A DNA stretch of 64,000 bases from an uncultured Chloroflexia bacterium (GTDB lineage: Bacteria > Chloroflexota > Limnocylindria > Limnocylindrales > CSP1-4), in the NCBI GenBank assembly GCA_963703155.1, contig OY969796.1, positions 2,070,476 to 2,134,475 of the forward strand. The letters are read 5' to 3'. Of the stretch, positions 31,213 through 40,489 are shown piece after piece (the first letter of the stretch is position 1; every line of letters starts with the position of its first letter). The notes below the pieces were generated by a model, which saw only the letters and a program-made list of their open reading frames with translations, made no database searches and was not told where the DNA came from. The translations under genes and the position numbers were made by a program.

Positions 31213-32439
31213 GTGTTCGTGGATCGTTCCGTCTCGCGTCGTGCGTTCCTCAAGGCTTCGGGCCTTGCCGGCGCAGGCGCCTTCCTCGCCGCCTGCAGCG
31301 GGTCGTCGGCCACGGCGTCGCCGAGCGCGGCAGCGTCAACGGCCCCGACCGTCGCGCCCACGGCCAGCGCGGCAGCGACTGCCTCCGCAGCCGCGACCGC
31401 CTCGGCAGCAGCGTCGCCGTCGGCCATGGCCGCCATCACGGCACCTCCCGGAGGCGGCACCCTCAACTTCCTGACCTGGAGTGACCACTGGGCGAAGGAC
31501 GAGCTGGCCGGCGTCAAGACATCCACCGGCATCGACGTCCAGATCACAGAGCTCGCCGACAACATCGACGGCTTCAACAAGCTCAACCAGGTCCACGGCC
31601 AGCTGGACATGGTGTCCGGCGACGCCCTGTGGGTGCCCAAGTACTACGACGCAGGCCTGGTCCAGGCGATCGACATCAACAGCCTGGCCGTCTCGCAGCA
31701 GCTGTACTCGATGGCCCGCTCGTTCGACTTCTGGACCAAGCCGGACGGCTACCTCGCCTATCCCTGGGGCTGGTCGCCCATCCAGATCGTCTACAACCCG
31801 GCGAAGGTCACTCCCGGCGCCAACAGCTGGCAGCTCCTTGTCGACCCCAAGTACAAGAGCAAGATCGTCATGGAGAACCAGCCCACGGACATCATGCTGT
31901 TCGCGGGCATCGCCACCGCCGCAAAGGACATCTACAACATGACGGACGCCGAGCTGTCCGCCTGCAAGGACTGGCTGACCCAGCTCAAGCCGAACGTCTA
32001 CAAACTGGTCCAGCAGAACAACGAGACCATCACGGCGCTCGCGAGCGGCGAAGCCTGGATCGGCACGCAGAACCTGGGCTCGCCCGACCGCATCAAGGCC
32101 GCCGGCGGACCGGACATGACCGCGTTCGTCCCCGACGAGGGCACCACAGGCTTCATCGACGGCGAGATGACGGTCAAGGGCGGCCAGAACCAGCCGCTCG
32201 TCCTGCCGTACCTCGAGGCCGGCGCACAGGCCGAGTACGTGGCCCAGAACTTCCTCGACAACGGGCGGCCGCTGTGGAACGAGAAGGCGTACACGCTGCT
32301 CGTCAACAACGGCCACAAGGACCAGGCCGACCGCTACCTGTACAACCAGCCCGAGATGGCGCTCAAGATGCGGCTCAAGGGCCCGGCCGGGAACGTGGAC
32401 GCCTACATCAACGCGTTCAACTCGGTGTTCGGCGGCTGA
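31213..32439 (+). CDS. PotD/PotF-type substrate-binding lipoprotein with Tat signal
   Basis: SRRAFLK twin-arginine motif, LAAC lipobox, Ala/Ser/Thr linker, YPWGWS.I.YN, SWQLL.DP.YK.KI, P.EG. Confidence 0.88.
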   Translation: MFVDRSVSRRAFLKASGLAGAGAFLAACSGSSATASPSAAASTAPTVAPTASAAATASAAATASAAASPSAMAAITAPPGGGTLNFLTWSDHWAKDELAGVKTSTGIDVQITELADNIDGFNKLNQVHGQLDMVSGDALWVPKYYDAGLVQAIDINSLAVSQQLYSMARSFDFWTKPDGYLAYPWGWSPIQIVYNPAKVTPGANSWQLLVDPKYKSKIVMENQPTDIMLFAGIATAAKDIYNMTDAELSACKDWLTQLKPNVYKLVQQNNETITALASGEAWIGTQNLGSPDRIKAAGGPDMTAFVPDEGTTGFIDGEMTVKGGQNQPLVLPYLEAGAQAEYVAQNFLDNGRPLWNEKAYTLLVNNGHKDQADRYLYNQPEMALKMRLKGPAGNVDAYINAFNSVFGG

Positions 32440-32461
32440 CGCCCCGGTCCGAGATCCACCC

Positions 32462-33382
32462 ATGACCGAACGCGCGGACGGGCTCCCCGCGAGCCCGCCC
32501 GTGGAGGCCCATGCCGGCGCCAGGCTCTCCTGGCGCCGGTTCTGGCCGTTCACGCCAGCGGCCCTGGTGCTCATCGGGCTGTTCTTCGTGCCGCTCGCGA
32601 TCGTGTTCGTCTACTCGTTCTGGTCGGTGGACAACAACACCCTGCTCGTCGTCCCGCAGTGGACGCTGAAGAACTACCAGACGTTCTTCAACCTCGACAA
32701 CCCCTACTTGCGCACGTTCGGCAAGACGATCCTCATGGCGGCGGTCGTCACGGTCACGGCCCTGCTGTTCGCGTTCCCGTTCGCCTACTTCCTCGTCCGG
32801 TACCTCGGCGGGCGCTGGCAGCGGGTGGTGCTCCTCGCGACGATCCTGCCGTTCTGGACGAGCTACCTCGTCCGCATCTACGCCTGGCAGTCGATCCTGG
32901 GCGAGCAGGGCGCCATCAACGGGTTCCTCAAGCTGATCGGCGCGATCACCCAGCCGCTCGACGTGTTCGTCTACAACGACGTCGCGGTCTACATCGTGCT
33001 CGTCTACCTGTACTTCCCGTTCGCGGCGCTCGCCCTGTACACGTCGTTCGAGAAGTTCGACTTCACGCAGCTCACGGCGGCCCAGGACCTCGGCGCGACC
33101 CCGGCGAGGGCGCTGGTGCGGATCATGGTTCCCCAGGTCCGCCCGGGGATCATCACGGGCTGCATCTTCGTGTTCATCCCGGTGCTGGGCGAATACCTCA
33201 CGCCCACCCTGGTCGGCGGCACGAAGGGCGTGCTGATCGGCAACCTCGTCTACAACTTCTACCGCGGTGGCGCCCTCCCGGCGATGGCCGCGGCGTCGTT
33301 CATGATCGCGGCCGTGATCGTGCTGCTGCTGGTGATCTTCCGGCGCTACCTGCAGGTCGCCGACGTCGTGGCGATGACCTGA
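32462..33382 (+). CDS. ABC transporter permease (PotB-type)
   Basis: LPFWTSYLVRIYAW, AAQDLGA EAA loop, LGEYLTPTLVGG. Confidence 0.92.
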   Translation: MTERADGLPASPPVEAHAGARLSWRRFWPFTPAALVLIGLFFVPLAIVFVYSFWSVDNNTLLVVPQWTLKNYQTFFNLDNPYLRTFGKTILMAAVVTVTALLFAFPFAYFLVRYLGGRWQRVVLLATILPFWTSYLVRIYAWQSILGEQGAINGFLKLIGAITQPLDVFVYNDVAVYIVLVYLYFPFAALALYTSFEKFDFTQLTAAQDLGATPARALVRIMVPQVRPGIITGCIFVFIPVLGEYLTPTLVGGTKGVLIGNLVYNFYRGGALPAMAAASFMIAAVIVLLLVIFRRYLQVADVVAMT

Positions 33383-34257
33383 TGGCCAAGGGGATGGACC
33401 GCCTCGACACGATGCCCGTCAGCCCCCACGCGCGGCTGACGCGGCGGCTGCTGCGCGTCTGGGCCGGCGTGATCATCGCGTACCTGTACATCCCGATCGT
33501 GTTCCTCGTGATGTTCAGCTTCGAGGACAGCAAGTCCGTCGGCTTCCCGATCCCGGGCTGGACGCTCAAGTGGTACCAGGGCCTCCCGGAGAACGGCCCC
33601 CTGCTGGGCGCGATCGGGCAGTCCGTCTCGACCGCGGCGATCGTCGCGGTGGTGGCGACCCTCGTGGGCACGATGGCGGCGTTCCCGCTCGTCCGCTCCG
33701 GGATGCGCTGGCCCAACGTGGCGCGGATCATGTTCACGATGCCGATCATGATGCCCGGCCTGCTGATCGGCATCGGCATCCTGATCTTCCTGGCGAACTT
33801 CCTCCATGTGCAGCTCTCGCAGCTCACGGTGGTCGCAGGGCACCTGGTCCTGACGATGCCGTTCGTCGTCCTGATCGTGTCGGCGCGGCTCCAGGGGTTC
33901 GACCGGCGGCTCGAGTGGGCGGCGGCGGACCTGGGTGCGAGCCCGATCCAGGTGCTGCGTCGGATCGTCCTGCCGCTGATCTTCCCGGCCATCCTCGCGG
34001 GCGCCCTGATCAGCGTCACGCTCTCGATCGACGAGTTCGTGGTCACGTTCTGGACGGTCGGCCCGAAGCTCACCCTGCCCATCTACATCTACACCCAGAT
34101 CAAGTTCGGCGTGACGCCCGAGGTCAACGCGGTCGCCACGCTCGTGCTCGTGTTCTCGGTCGCCATCCTCGCCTTGGGGGCGGCCGTCGCGGCCCTGTTC
34201 GGCCGCGTCCGCCGCCACCGGCGAGAGCGTGCCGCGGTCCACGAGGCCGCAGCCTGA
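33382..34257 (+). CDS. ABC transporter permease (PotC-type)
   Basis: YLYIPI, TLKWY, LEWAAADLGAS, SIDEFVVT, TLPIYIY, PEVNA. Confidence 0.92.
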   Translation: MAKGMDRLDTMPVSPHARLTRRLLRVWAGVIIAYLYIPIVFLVMFSFEDSKSVGFPIPGWTLKWYQGLPENGPLLGAIGQSVSTAAIVAVVATLVGTMAAFPLVRSGMRWPNVARIMFTMPIMMPGLLIGIGILIFLANFLHVQLSQLTVVAGHLVLTMPFVVLIVSARLQGFDRRLEWAAADLGASPIQVLRRIVLPLIFPAILAGALISVTLSIDEFVVTFWTVGPKLTLPIYIYTQIKFGVTPEVNAVATLVLVFSVAILALGAAVAALFGRVRRHRRERAAVHEAAA

Positions 34258-34274
34258 AAGGACATGGAGGTCCC

Positions 34275-35276
34275 GTGCTAGCAGCCGTCTTCGAGGGGAA
34301 TGGGGTTCTCACGCTGCAGGAGCGGCCGGTGCCGCAGCCGGTGCCCGGCGAGGTGCTGGTCGAGGTGGAGGCCTGCGGGATCTGCGGTTCCGATCTCGCC
34401 ATCCTCGACGTCCCGCCGCGCCACCCCGGCACCCCGGGCGTGGTCCTGGGCCACGAGTTCGTGGGGCGCGTCGTGGCGCTCGGTCAGGGCGTCACGTCCA
34501 TCGAGGCCGGGACGCGGGTGATCGTCGATCCCGACCCCAAGTGCGGTTCCTGCCCGTCGTGCAAGGCCGGCCGGCCGGCCACCTGCGAGCGGATCGTCGC
34601 CCTGGGCGTGTATCGCGACGGCGCGCTCGCGAAGTTCGTCACGGCCCCGGCGAGCGAGTGCCACCCGATCTCCGACAGCGTCCCCGCCGACCTCGCCGCG
34701 CTCGCCGAGCCGCTGGCGTGCGTCGTCAACGGCACCAACAAGGCCGGCCTGCGCCCCGGCGAATTGGCCGTGGTGTTCGGCGGCGGTGCGATCGGGTGCC
34801 TGTACGCCGCGATCTTCGCTGCGGGCGGGGCCGCGAACGTGGTGGTGGTGGAGCCCAACCCGGTCCGGGCGCCGATGGCGAAGGCCGTCGGGGCCACGCA
34901 CGTCCTGACACCGGCCGAGTGGACCGCCCAGCGCGCGTCGATCCTGCCCGGCGGGGCCGACGTGGTGGTGGACGCTGTGGGCAGCGTGCTGCCCGAGGCG
35001 ATCGACGCGGCGGCGATGAGCGCCCGGATCGTGATCTTCGGCATGAACGTCAACGCCCGGCCGGCCGTCCACCAGGTGGAGATCACCGAGAAGGGGCTGA
35101 CGATCTTCGGGAGCTACATCACAGCGTTCACGTTCCCGCAGGCCATCCGGCTGCTCGAGGCCGGATCGGTGAGCCTGGCGCCACTCGTGTCGGCGGTGCT
35201 CCCGCTCGAGCGGGTGGCCGAGGGGCTGGCCATGCTCAAGTCGGGCGAGGCCACCAAAGTGGTCATCACGCCGTGA
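34275..35276 (+). CDS. Zn-dependent alcohol dehydrogenase (MDR, sorbitol/threonine DH-like)
   Basis: CGICGSD, LGHEFVG, CGSCPSC...C structural Zn site, LAEPLAC, GGGAIG. Confidence 0.93.
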   Translation: MLAAVFEGNGVLTLQERPVPQPVPGEVLVEVEACGICGSDLAILDVPPRHPGTPGVVLGHEFVGRVVALGQGVTSIEAGTRVIVDPDPKCGSCPSCKAGRPATCERIVALGVYRDGALAKFVTAPASECHPISDSVPADLAALAEPLACVVNGTNKAGLRPGELAVVFGGGAIGCLYAAIFAAGGAANVVVVEPNPVRAPMAKAVGATHVLTPAEWTAQRASILPGGADVVVDAVGSVLPEAIDAAAMSARIVIFGMNVNARPAVHQVEITEKGLTIFGSYITAFTFPQAIRLLEAGSVSLAPLVSAVLPLERVAEGLAMLKSGEATKVVITP

Positions 35277-36199
35277 GCAGTGAGATCCAGGTGGGGTCGG
35301 CGCCGTGCTCGTTCGGCGTCGACGAGGTGGTGGTCCACGACACCTGGATGCCTGGCCCCGACGAGATGCTCGACTGGATGGCCGCGCTCGACTACAGGGG
35401 CACCGAGCTGGGACCGCCCGGCTTCATGGGCGACGGCCGGGTGATGGGCGAGCGCCTCGCGGCGCGCGGCCTCGCGTTCCTCGGCACGTTCCTGCCGCAG
35501 ACGCTCGTCAACGACGCGCAGTGCGTCGCGGACCGCGCCTGGCTCGACGGGCTGCTGGCCGACCTGCGGCGCGGCCTGCCCGAGGGCGCAGCCCCGTTCG
35601 CGGTGCTGTCCGACTCCATCACCCAGCCGATTCGCCAGCAGGCGGCGGGGCGGATCGCCTCCCGGCCCGACGCCCAGCTCGACGACGCCGGCTGGCGGAG
35701 ACTGATCGACAACCTCCACCGCTCGGCCGAGCGGGCGGCCTCGCACGGGTTCCGGCCTGTCATCCACCCGCACTGCGGCACGTACCTCGAGACCGCCGGG
35801 GAGATCGACCGTCTCGTGAACGCGATGGACGCATCGGTCGTGGGCCTCTGCCTCGACACCGGGCACTTCCGGTTCGGTGACGCCGATCCGGCGGCGTGCA
35901 TCCGCGACTATCGGGAGGTGGTTCGCCACGTCCACGTCAAGGACTGCGCCACGCGGATCCGCGACGAGGTGGTGGCGCGTGGCGAGGATGTCGTGTCGGC
36001 GCTCGCGGGCGGGGTGTTCTGCCCGCTCGGCTCCGGCGACGCGGACATCCCCGGCGTGGTGGCGGCGCTGCGGGAGACCGGGTACGGCGGCTGGGTCGTC
36101 GTGGAGCAGGACCAGTTCCTTGCCGCATCCGTCACGCGAGAGGACGTGGTGGCCGGGCAGCGGGCGAACCGGGAGTATCTGGCCAACCTCGGCATCTAG
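35273..36199 (+). CDS. IolE/MocC-like TIM-barrel (inosose dehydratase-like)
   Basis: APCSFG, GTELGP, HPH.GT..ET, CLDTGH, HVHVKD, F.PLG.G, GYGGWVVVEQD. Confidence 0.82.
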   Translation: MSSEIQVGSAPCSFGVDEVVVHDTWMPGPDEMLDWMAALDYRGTELGPPGFMGDGRVMGERLAARGLAFLGTFLPQTLVNDAQCVADRAWLDGLLADLRRGLPEGAAPFAVLSDSITQPIRQQAAGRIASRPDAQLDDAGWRRLIDNLHRSAERAASHGFRPVIHPHCGTYLETAGEIDRLVNAMDASVVGLCLDTGHFRFGDADPAACIRDYREVVRHVHVKDCATRIRDEVVARGEDVVSALAGGVFCPLGSGDADIPGVVAALRETGYGGWVVVEQDQFLAASVTREDVVAGQRANREYLANLGI

Positions 36200-36280
36200 C
36201 GCTGGCGGCGTGAAGCGGGACACGGGTTCCTCCGCCCGCCCTCGCGCCGCCGCCCGCTCTCGCGCCGCGGGTTCAACCTC

Positions 36281-36318
36281 GCGCCTCCAGACTGGCCCGC
36301 TGGGCAGTCTGGAGGCGC
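36281..36318. terminator. Perfect 14-bp hairpin between convergent genes
   Basis: GCGCCTCCAGACTG...CAGTCTGGAGGCGC. Confidence 0.7.
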
Positions 36319-36322
36319 CTCG

Positions 36323-37360
36323 TCAGGCGTGATCGCCGCTCCCTCGCCGCTGCGTGCTCTCGCGCACGATGAGGCGCACGGGGAGCACCCTCGACGCGGA
36401 CGGCTCGCCTGTGGCGATGGCGCCCAGGAGCTCCGCGACCGCGAGCTCGCCCATCTCGGCTGCCGGCTGCACCACCGTGGTCAGCCGGGGGTTGGAGATG
36501 GCCGCGAACGGGATGTCGTCGAACCCCGCCACCGCCACGTCCCCGGGCACGGAGACCCCGACCATCCGGAACCCGTCGAGGACGTGGAGCGCGACGCGGT
36601 CGTCGTACGCGATGACGCCGTCAACGCCGGCATCGCGCAACTCCGCGGCGAGCTCCGCGTGGTGGCCGGGCAGGAACGAGAACTCGCTGATCGGCGCGGT
36701 GCCGAAGCGCTCGGCGACGATCGCCTCGTACGCCTGCTTGCGGACCGTATCCGAGCCCGGGCGGTCGCGAACGCCGACGTAGGCAATCCTCCGGCAGCCC
36801 TCGTCGGCCAGGTGGTCGACCAGCTGGCGGATGCCGTCGGGCTCGTCGGGGCGGAGGCAGCCGAGGGGGAGCTGCACCGGGATGCCGCCCTTCAGGCGCT
36901 CGCTGTTGAGGAATACCACGGGGCTCGGGCGGACCATGATCGCGACCGCCTCGAGGTCGAGCACGGAGCCCATCAGGGCGAGGCCGTCCGCCCGATGGGC
37001 GCGGAACTCGCGGACGGCCCGCCGCTCGCGGGCCGCGTCGCCGAGGCTGTTCGCGATGATGACGGTGTAGCCGGCGGCATGGGCAGCGGCCTCGAACCCC
37101 GCAACGACGGTCCCGTGGATGGGGTCGGTGGTGTCGGGGATCATCAGCCCGAACGTGCGGCTGGCGCGCACGGCGAGGCTGCGGGCCGCGAGGTCGGGGA
37201 CGTAGCCGAGCGCCTCGGCGGTCGCCGCGACGCGCTCCCGAGTTCCGGCGCTGATCTGCGGATCGTCGTTGAGGGCCCGGGACACGGTGGCGACCGACAC
37301 GCCCGCGGCGAAGGCCACCTCGCGCAGCGTGATCCGGCGCTCACCGCTCACTGGCGGCAC
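36323..37360 (-). CDS. LacI family transcriptional regulator
   Basis: TLREVAFAAGVSVATVSRALN, YVPD.AARSL, VAGFDD, LTTV.QP, LIVREST. Confidence 0.95.
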   Translation of the reverse strand: MPPVSGERRITLREVAFAAGVSVATVSRALNDDPQISAGTRERVAATAEALGYVPDLAARSLAVRASRTFGLMIPDTTDPIHGTVVAGFEAAAHAAGYTVIIANSLGDAARERRAVREFRAHRADGLALMGSVLDLEAVAIMVRPSPVVFLNSERLKGGIPVQLPLGCLRPDEPDGIRQLVDHLADEGCRRIAYVGVRDRPGSDTVRKQAYEAIVAERFGTAPISEFSFLPGHHAELAAELRDAGVDGVIAYDDRVALHVLDGFRMVGVSVPGDVAVAGFDDIPFAAISNPRLTTVVQPAAEMGELAVAELLGAIATGEPSASRVLPVRLIVRESTQRRGSGDHA

Positions 37361-37614
37361 CCCTGCGATCCTCCGTCGACGCCATCGATGCCGTCGTCTC
37401 GGCCCATGAATGCGGTCACCCGGGCGCGCTCCCCCTGCCTGGCTTCGGTCGGGCCATTGTGCGGGCGGAGGACCCGCGGGGCAAGGCTGCCGGGAGGGGA
37501 GTGAGGGGACCGTCGGAGGCCGGACATCAGGGAGGCACCGAACGGCGGGCTGCCGCAGGCGCCTCGTCGGCCCTCCAGGGCGGTCGTCCGCCTCCTCGCA
37601 AATCAGCCCCGACG

Positions 37615-37657
37615 TTGACAACGCCGGGTCCGAAACGCTACGGTGCAAGCGTTTGCG
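37615..37657 (+). promoter_or_regulatory. Promoter TTGACA-18-TACGGT with LacI-type operator 3 (TGCAAGCGTTTGCG)
   Basis: -35 at 37615-37620, -10 at 37639-37644, operator at 37644-37657. Confidence 0.82.
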
Positions 37658-37675
37658 TAACCCAAGGAGACCGGA

Positions 37676-38914
37676 ATGCCCGGACCGGGAATCGAGCTCA
37701 TCGGTGACGAGGAGACCGCGGAAGTCCTCGAGGTCATGCGGAGCGGGTTCCTGAGTCGCTACGGCCCGGCCGACAACCCGGCCTTCCTGCACAAGGTCCG
37801 CAGGGTGGAGGAGCAGCTGGCGGCGATCGCCGGCGTGGAGTACAGCCTCGCGGTCAGCGGCGGCGGGTCGGCTGCGCTGTGGCTCGCGATGCTGGGGCTC
37901 GGGATCGGGCCGGGCGACGAGGTCATCGTCCCGGGCTTCACCTACGTCGCCTCCATCTCCTCGATCGTCTACACGGGCGCGACGCCGGTGCTCGCGGAGG
38001 TGGACGACTCGTTCTGCCTCGACCCGGCCGACGTGGCGGCGCGCATCACGCCCCACACCAAGGCGATCATGGTGGTCCACATGCTGGGCGGCGTGGCCCG
38101 CCTCGACGAGCTCAAGGTGCTCGCGGACGCCCACCACATCGCGCTCATCGAGGACTGTGCGCAGGCGTTCGGCGCCACCTACCAGGGCCAGGGCGTCGGC
38201 GGCGTCGGCGCGGTGGGCACGTTCTCGTTCAACGAGTACAAGACGATCACCTGCGGCGACGGCGGCGCGCTGGTGACTGGCGACCAGGCGCTGTACGAGC
38301 GCTGCTTCGCGATGCACGACCAGGGGCACGCCCCGTTCCGGCTCGAGAGCAAGTACGCCGAGCGGCCGTTCCTGGGCATGAACTTCCGGATGACCGAGCT
38401 CTCCGGTGCCGTGCTCCTCGCCCAGCTGCGCAAGCTCGACATGATCCGGACCCGCCTCCAGGCGAACAAGGCGATCGTGAAGTCGATCCTGCGCGAGGTG
38501 CCGGGGATCGGATTCCGCACGCTCGTCGATCCGGAGGGCGACCTCGCGACGCACCTCGTGGTCGTGCTGCCGTCCCAGGCGGTCGCGGAGGCGGTCGCGA
38601 AGGAGGTCGGCTCGATCACGCTGGGCTCGTCCGGCTGGCACGTGTACAACAGGATGGACCACGTGCTCTCGCGGCGGACCGTGACCGGGAAGGGCTGCCC
38701 CTTCGACTGCGGCCACACCGACCACGCCCCGGGCGACTATCACGCCGGGATGCTGCCGCAGACCGACGGGCTCGTGAACCGCTCGATCAGCATCGGGATC
38801 GGCGTGCGCGACGGCAACCTCGCGCCGTACGGCCTCCGGGTGACCAGCGGCGAGGACGAGGCCCGCACCGTGGGTGCGACGTTCCGTGACGCGGTGCGCA
38901 AGCACCTGGGCTGA
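37676..38914 (+). CDS. DegT/DnrJ/EryC1/StrS PLP aminotransferase (KdnA-like N-terminus)
   Basis: GPGDEVIVP, VVHMLG, IEDCAQA.G, FSFNEYKTITCGDGG (PLP lysine), NFRMTEL. Confidence 0.93.
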   Translation: MPGPGIELIGDEETAEVLEVMRSGFLSRYGPADNPAFLHKVRRVEEQLAAIAGVEYSLAVSGGGSAALWLAMLGLGIGPGDEVIVPGFTYVASISSIVYTGATPVLAEVDDSFCLDPADVAARITPHTKAIMVVHMLGGVARLDELKVLADAHHIALIEDCAQAFGATYQGQGVGGVGAVGTFSFNEYKTITCGDGGALVTGDQALYERCFAMHDQGHAPFRLESKYAERPFLGMNFRMTELSGAVLLAQLRKLDMIRTRLQANKAIVKSILREVPGIGFRTLVDPEGDLATHLVVVLPSQAVAEAVAKEVGSITLGSSGWHVYNRMDHVLSRRTVTGKGCPFDCGHTDHAPGDYHAGMLPQTDGLVNRSISIGIGVRDGNLAPYGLRVTSGEDEARTVGATFRDAVRKHLG

Positions 38915-38956
38915 TCTCGCGCGCTGGGCCAGACAGCCCGACACGGCGCCCTCCGC

Positions 38957-40489
38957 TCATCCGTCGGCGACCACCGGCGGCCTCCGGCCGATCCGGGCCG
39001 TGAGCCGCGCCCCACGCCGCGCGAGGTCCGCCTCGACCCGCGGGTAGGGCCGTCCCAGCTGTCGCGCCCGCTCGAGGATGCGCCAGGCAGCCCTCGTCGC
39101 CGCCAGCGCCCCACGCGGATCAGCGAGCCGGTGCTCGCGCAGCTTCGCCACCTCGATCCAGGCGATGGCGCCCAGCGCACCGCCGGCCCCCGCGGCGGCT
39201 TGCCACGCCTCCGACGATTCCGCCCAGCGCCCGAGGCGCCGCAGCGTCCTCGCCCGCTCGGCGGCAATCCGCTCGTCTGTCCATGCTGGGCCGGCGTCCC
39301 AGGGCGCCGCGCTGGGCTCGGGGCCGAGCGGCCCGCCCCGCCCGGCCGCCAGCTCGCCGCGCCAGCCGCCGCGGGGCGCCCTGCCGCCGAAGTGCGGACG
39401 CGTCCGCGGCTCCCACCACCCCACCCCGGGCCGGACGTCATCCTCGTCTGGCCCGCCACGGGCGACGGGCGTCCGGCCGAACGGATCCCGGGCCTCGCCG
39501 GGTCCGGCCAGCGCGTCGTCGAGGCAGGCGAGCGCCTCCTCGTGGCGTCGGTCCCGGGCGTAGGCGCGGGCAAGGCCCGCGAGGTCGCCGCGCGGCGCGC
39601 CCAGCCGCGTCTCGCGCTCGGCGTAGTGCCGCTCCACGTGCGCGAGGAGCAGCCCAAGCGACCGGACGTCCTTCTCGTTGTGGATCACGACGCCCGCTAG
39701 CGGCTCGACAGGCCCGCCACGGAGCACGTCGAGGTAGATCGAGGGGATCTCCCAGCCCTCCACGTCCCCGGTCCGGGTCACGCCGAGCAATGACTCCTCG
39801 ACCGTGCGGAGGCGGGCGTCCTCCATGCGGTGGCGGAACACGCGTCGCACGAACGGCAGCAGGTCGAGGTGCCCGGCGTGGGCCGGCGCCGCCCGGCCGG
39901 CGAGCCGGAAGCGCGCCTCGAGCAGCGGCCAGTCGAAGCCGCGGCCGTTGTACGACACGAGCCACGCGTCCGGCGTGACCCAGCGCTCGATCTCGGCGAG
40001 GAGCGCGGGTTCGTCTGCGTGATCGGGCAGCACCAGCTGCGTCTGGCGGAACGAGGTGCCGTCCCAGCGCGCCAGCCCCACGAGGAACGCCAGGGTGCCC
40101 GCCGCGGTGGCGAGGCCGGTGGTCTCGGTGTCGAGGCAGACGAGCGGCGCGTCTGCGGGCGGATGGCCGGGCAGGACCGCCAGGCGATCGCGGTCAACCG
40201 GCATCTCGATCGGGGTGATGACCCGCCGCACGAGCCATCCGTCCGCCGTGTCCGCGGCCTCCGCGCCAAGCGCCCTCGCGAGGCGCAGCGCGAGGTCCGC
40301 CGAACGCCGTCCGGCGAACGGCGCACGGGCTGGCAGCTGCGCAGGCCCGGCCGGGGGCCCGCCGGGTCGTGCGAGCGCCGCCCGCAGGTTCGCCAGCCGC
40401 CGTTCGCGAGTGACGGCGGTGCCGGCGTCCGAGACCGGGGGGACGGCCGTTGCGGTCTGGGAAGCCCCGAGCGCAGGCTCGATCGTCAC
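38957..40489 (-). CDS. YprB/MrfB-like RNase H-fold (DEDDh) exonuclease with TPR-like C-terminus
   Basis: CLDTETTGL, SYNGRGFDWP, HLDLL, HNEKD; GTGA-coupled to the upstream helicase. Confidence 0.85.
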   Translation of the reverse strand: MTIEPALGASQTATAVPPVSDAGTAVTRERRLANLRAALARPGGPPAGPAQLPARAPFAGRRSADLALRLARALGAEAADTADGWLVRRVITPIEMPVDRDRLAVLPGHPPADAPLVCLDTETTGLATAAGTLAFLVGLARWDGTSFRQTQLVLPDHADEPALLAEIERWVTPDAWLVSYNGRGFDWPLLEARFRLAGRAAPAHAGHLDLLPFVRRVFRHRMEDARLRTVEESLLGVTRTGDVEGWEIPSIYLDVLRGGPVEPLAGVVIHNEKDVRSLGLLLAHVERHYAERETRLGAPRGDLAGLARAYARDRRHEEALACLDDALAGPGEARDPFGRTPVARGGPDEDDVRPGVGWWEPRTRPHFGGRAPRGGWRGELAAGRGGPLGPEPSAAPWDAGPAWTDERIAAERARTLRRLGRWAESSEAWQAAAGAGGALGAIAWIEVAKLREHRLADPRGALAATRAAWRILERARQLGRPYPRVEADLARRGARLTARIGRRPPVVADG

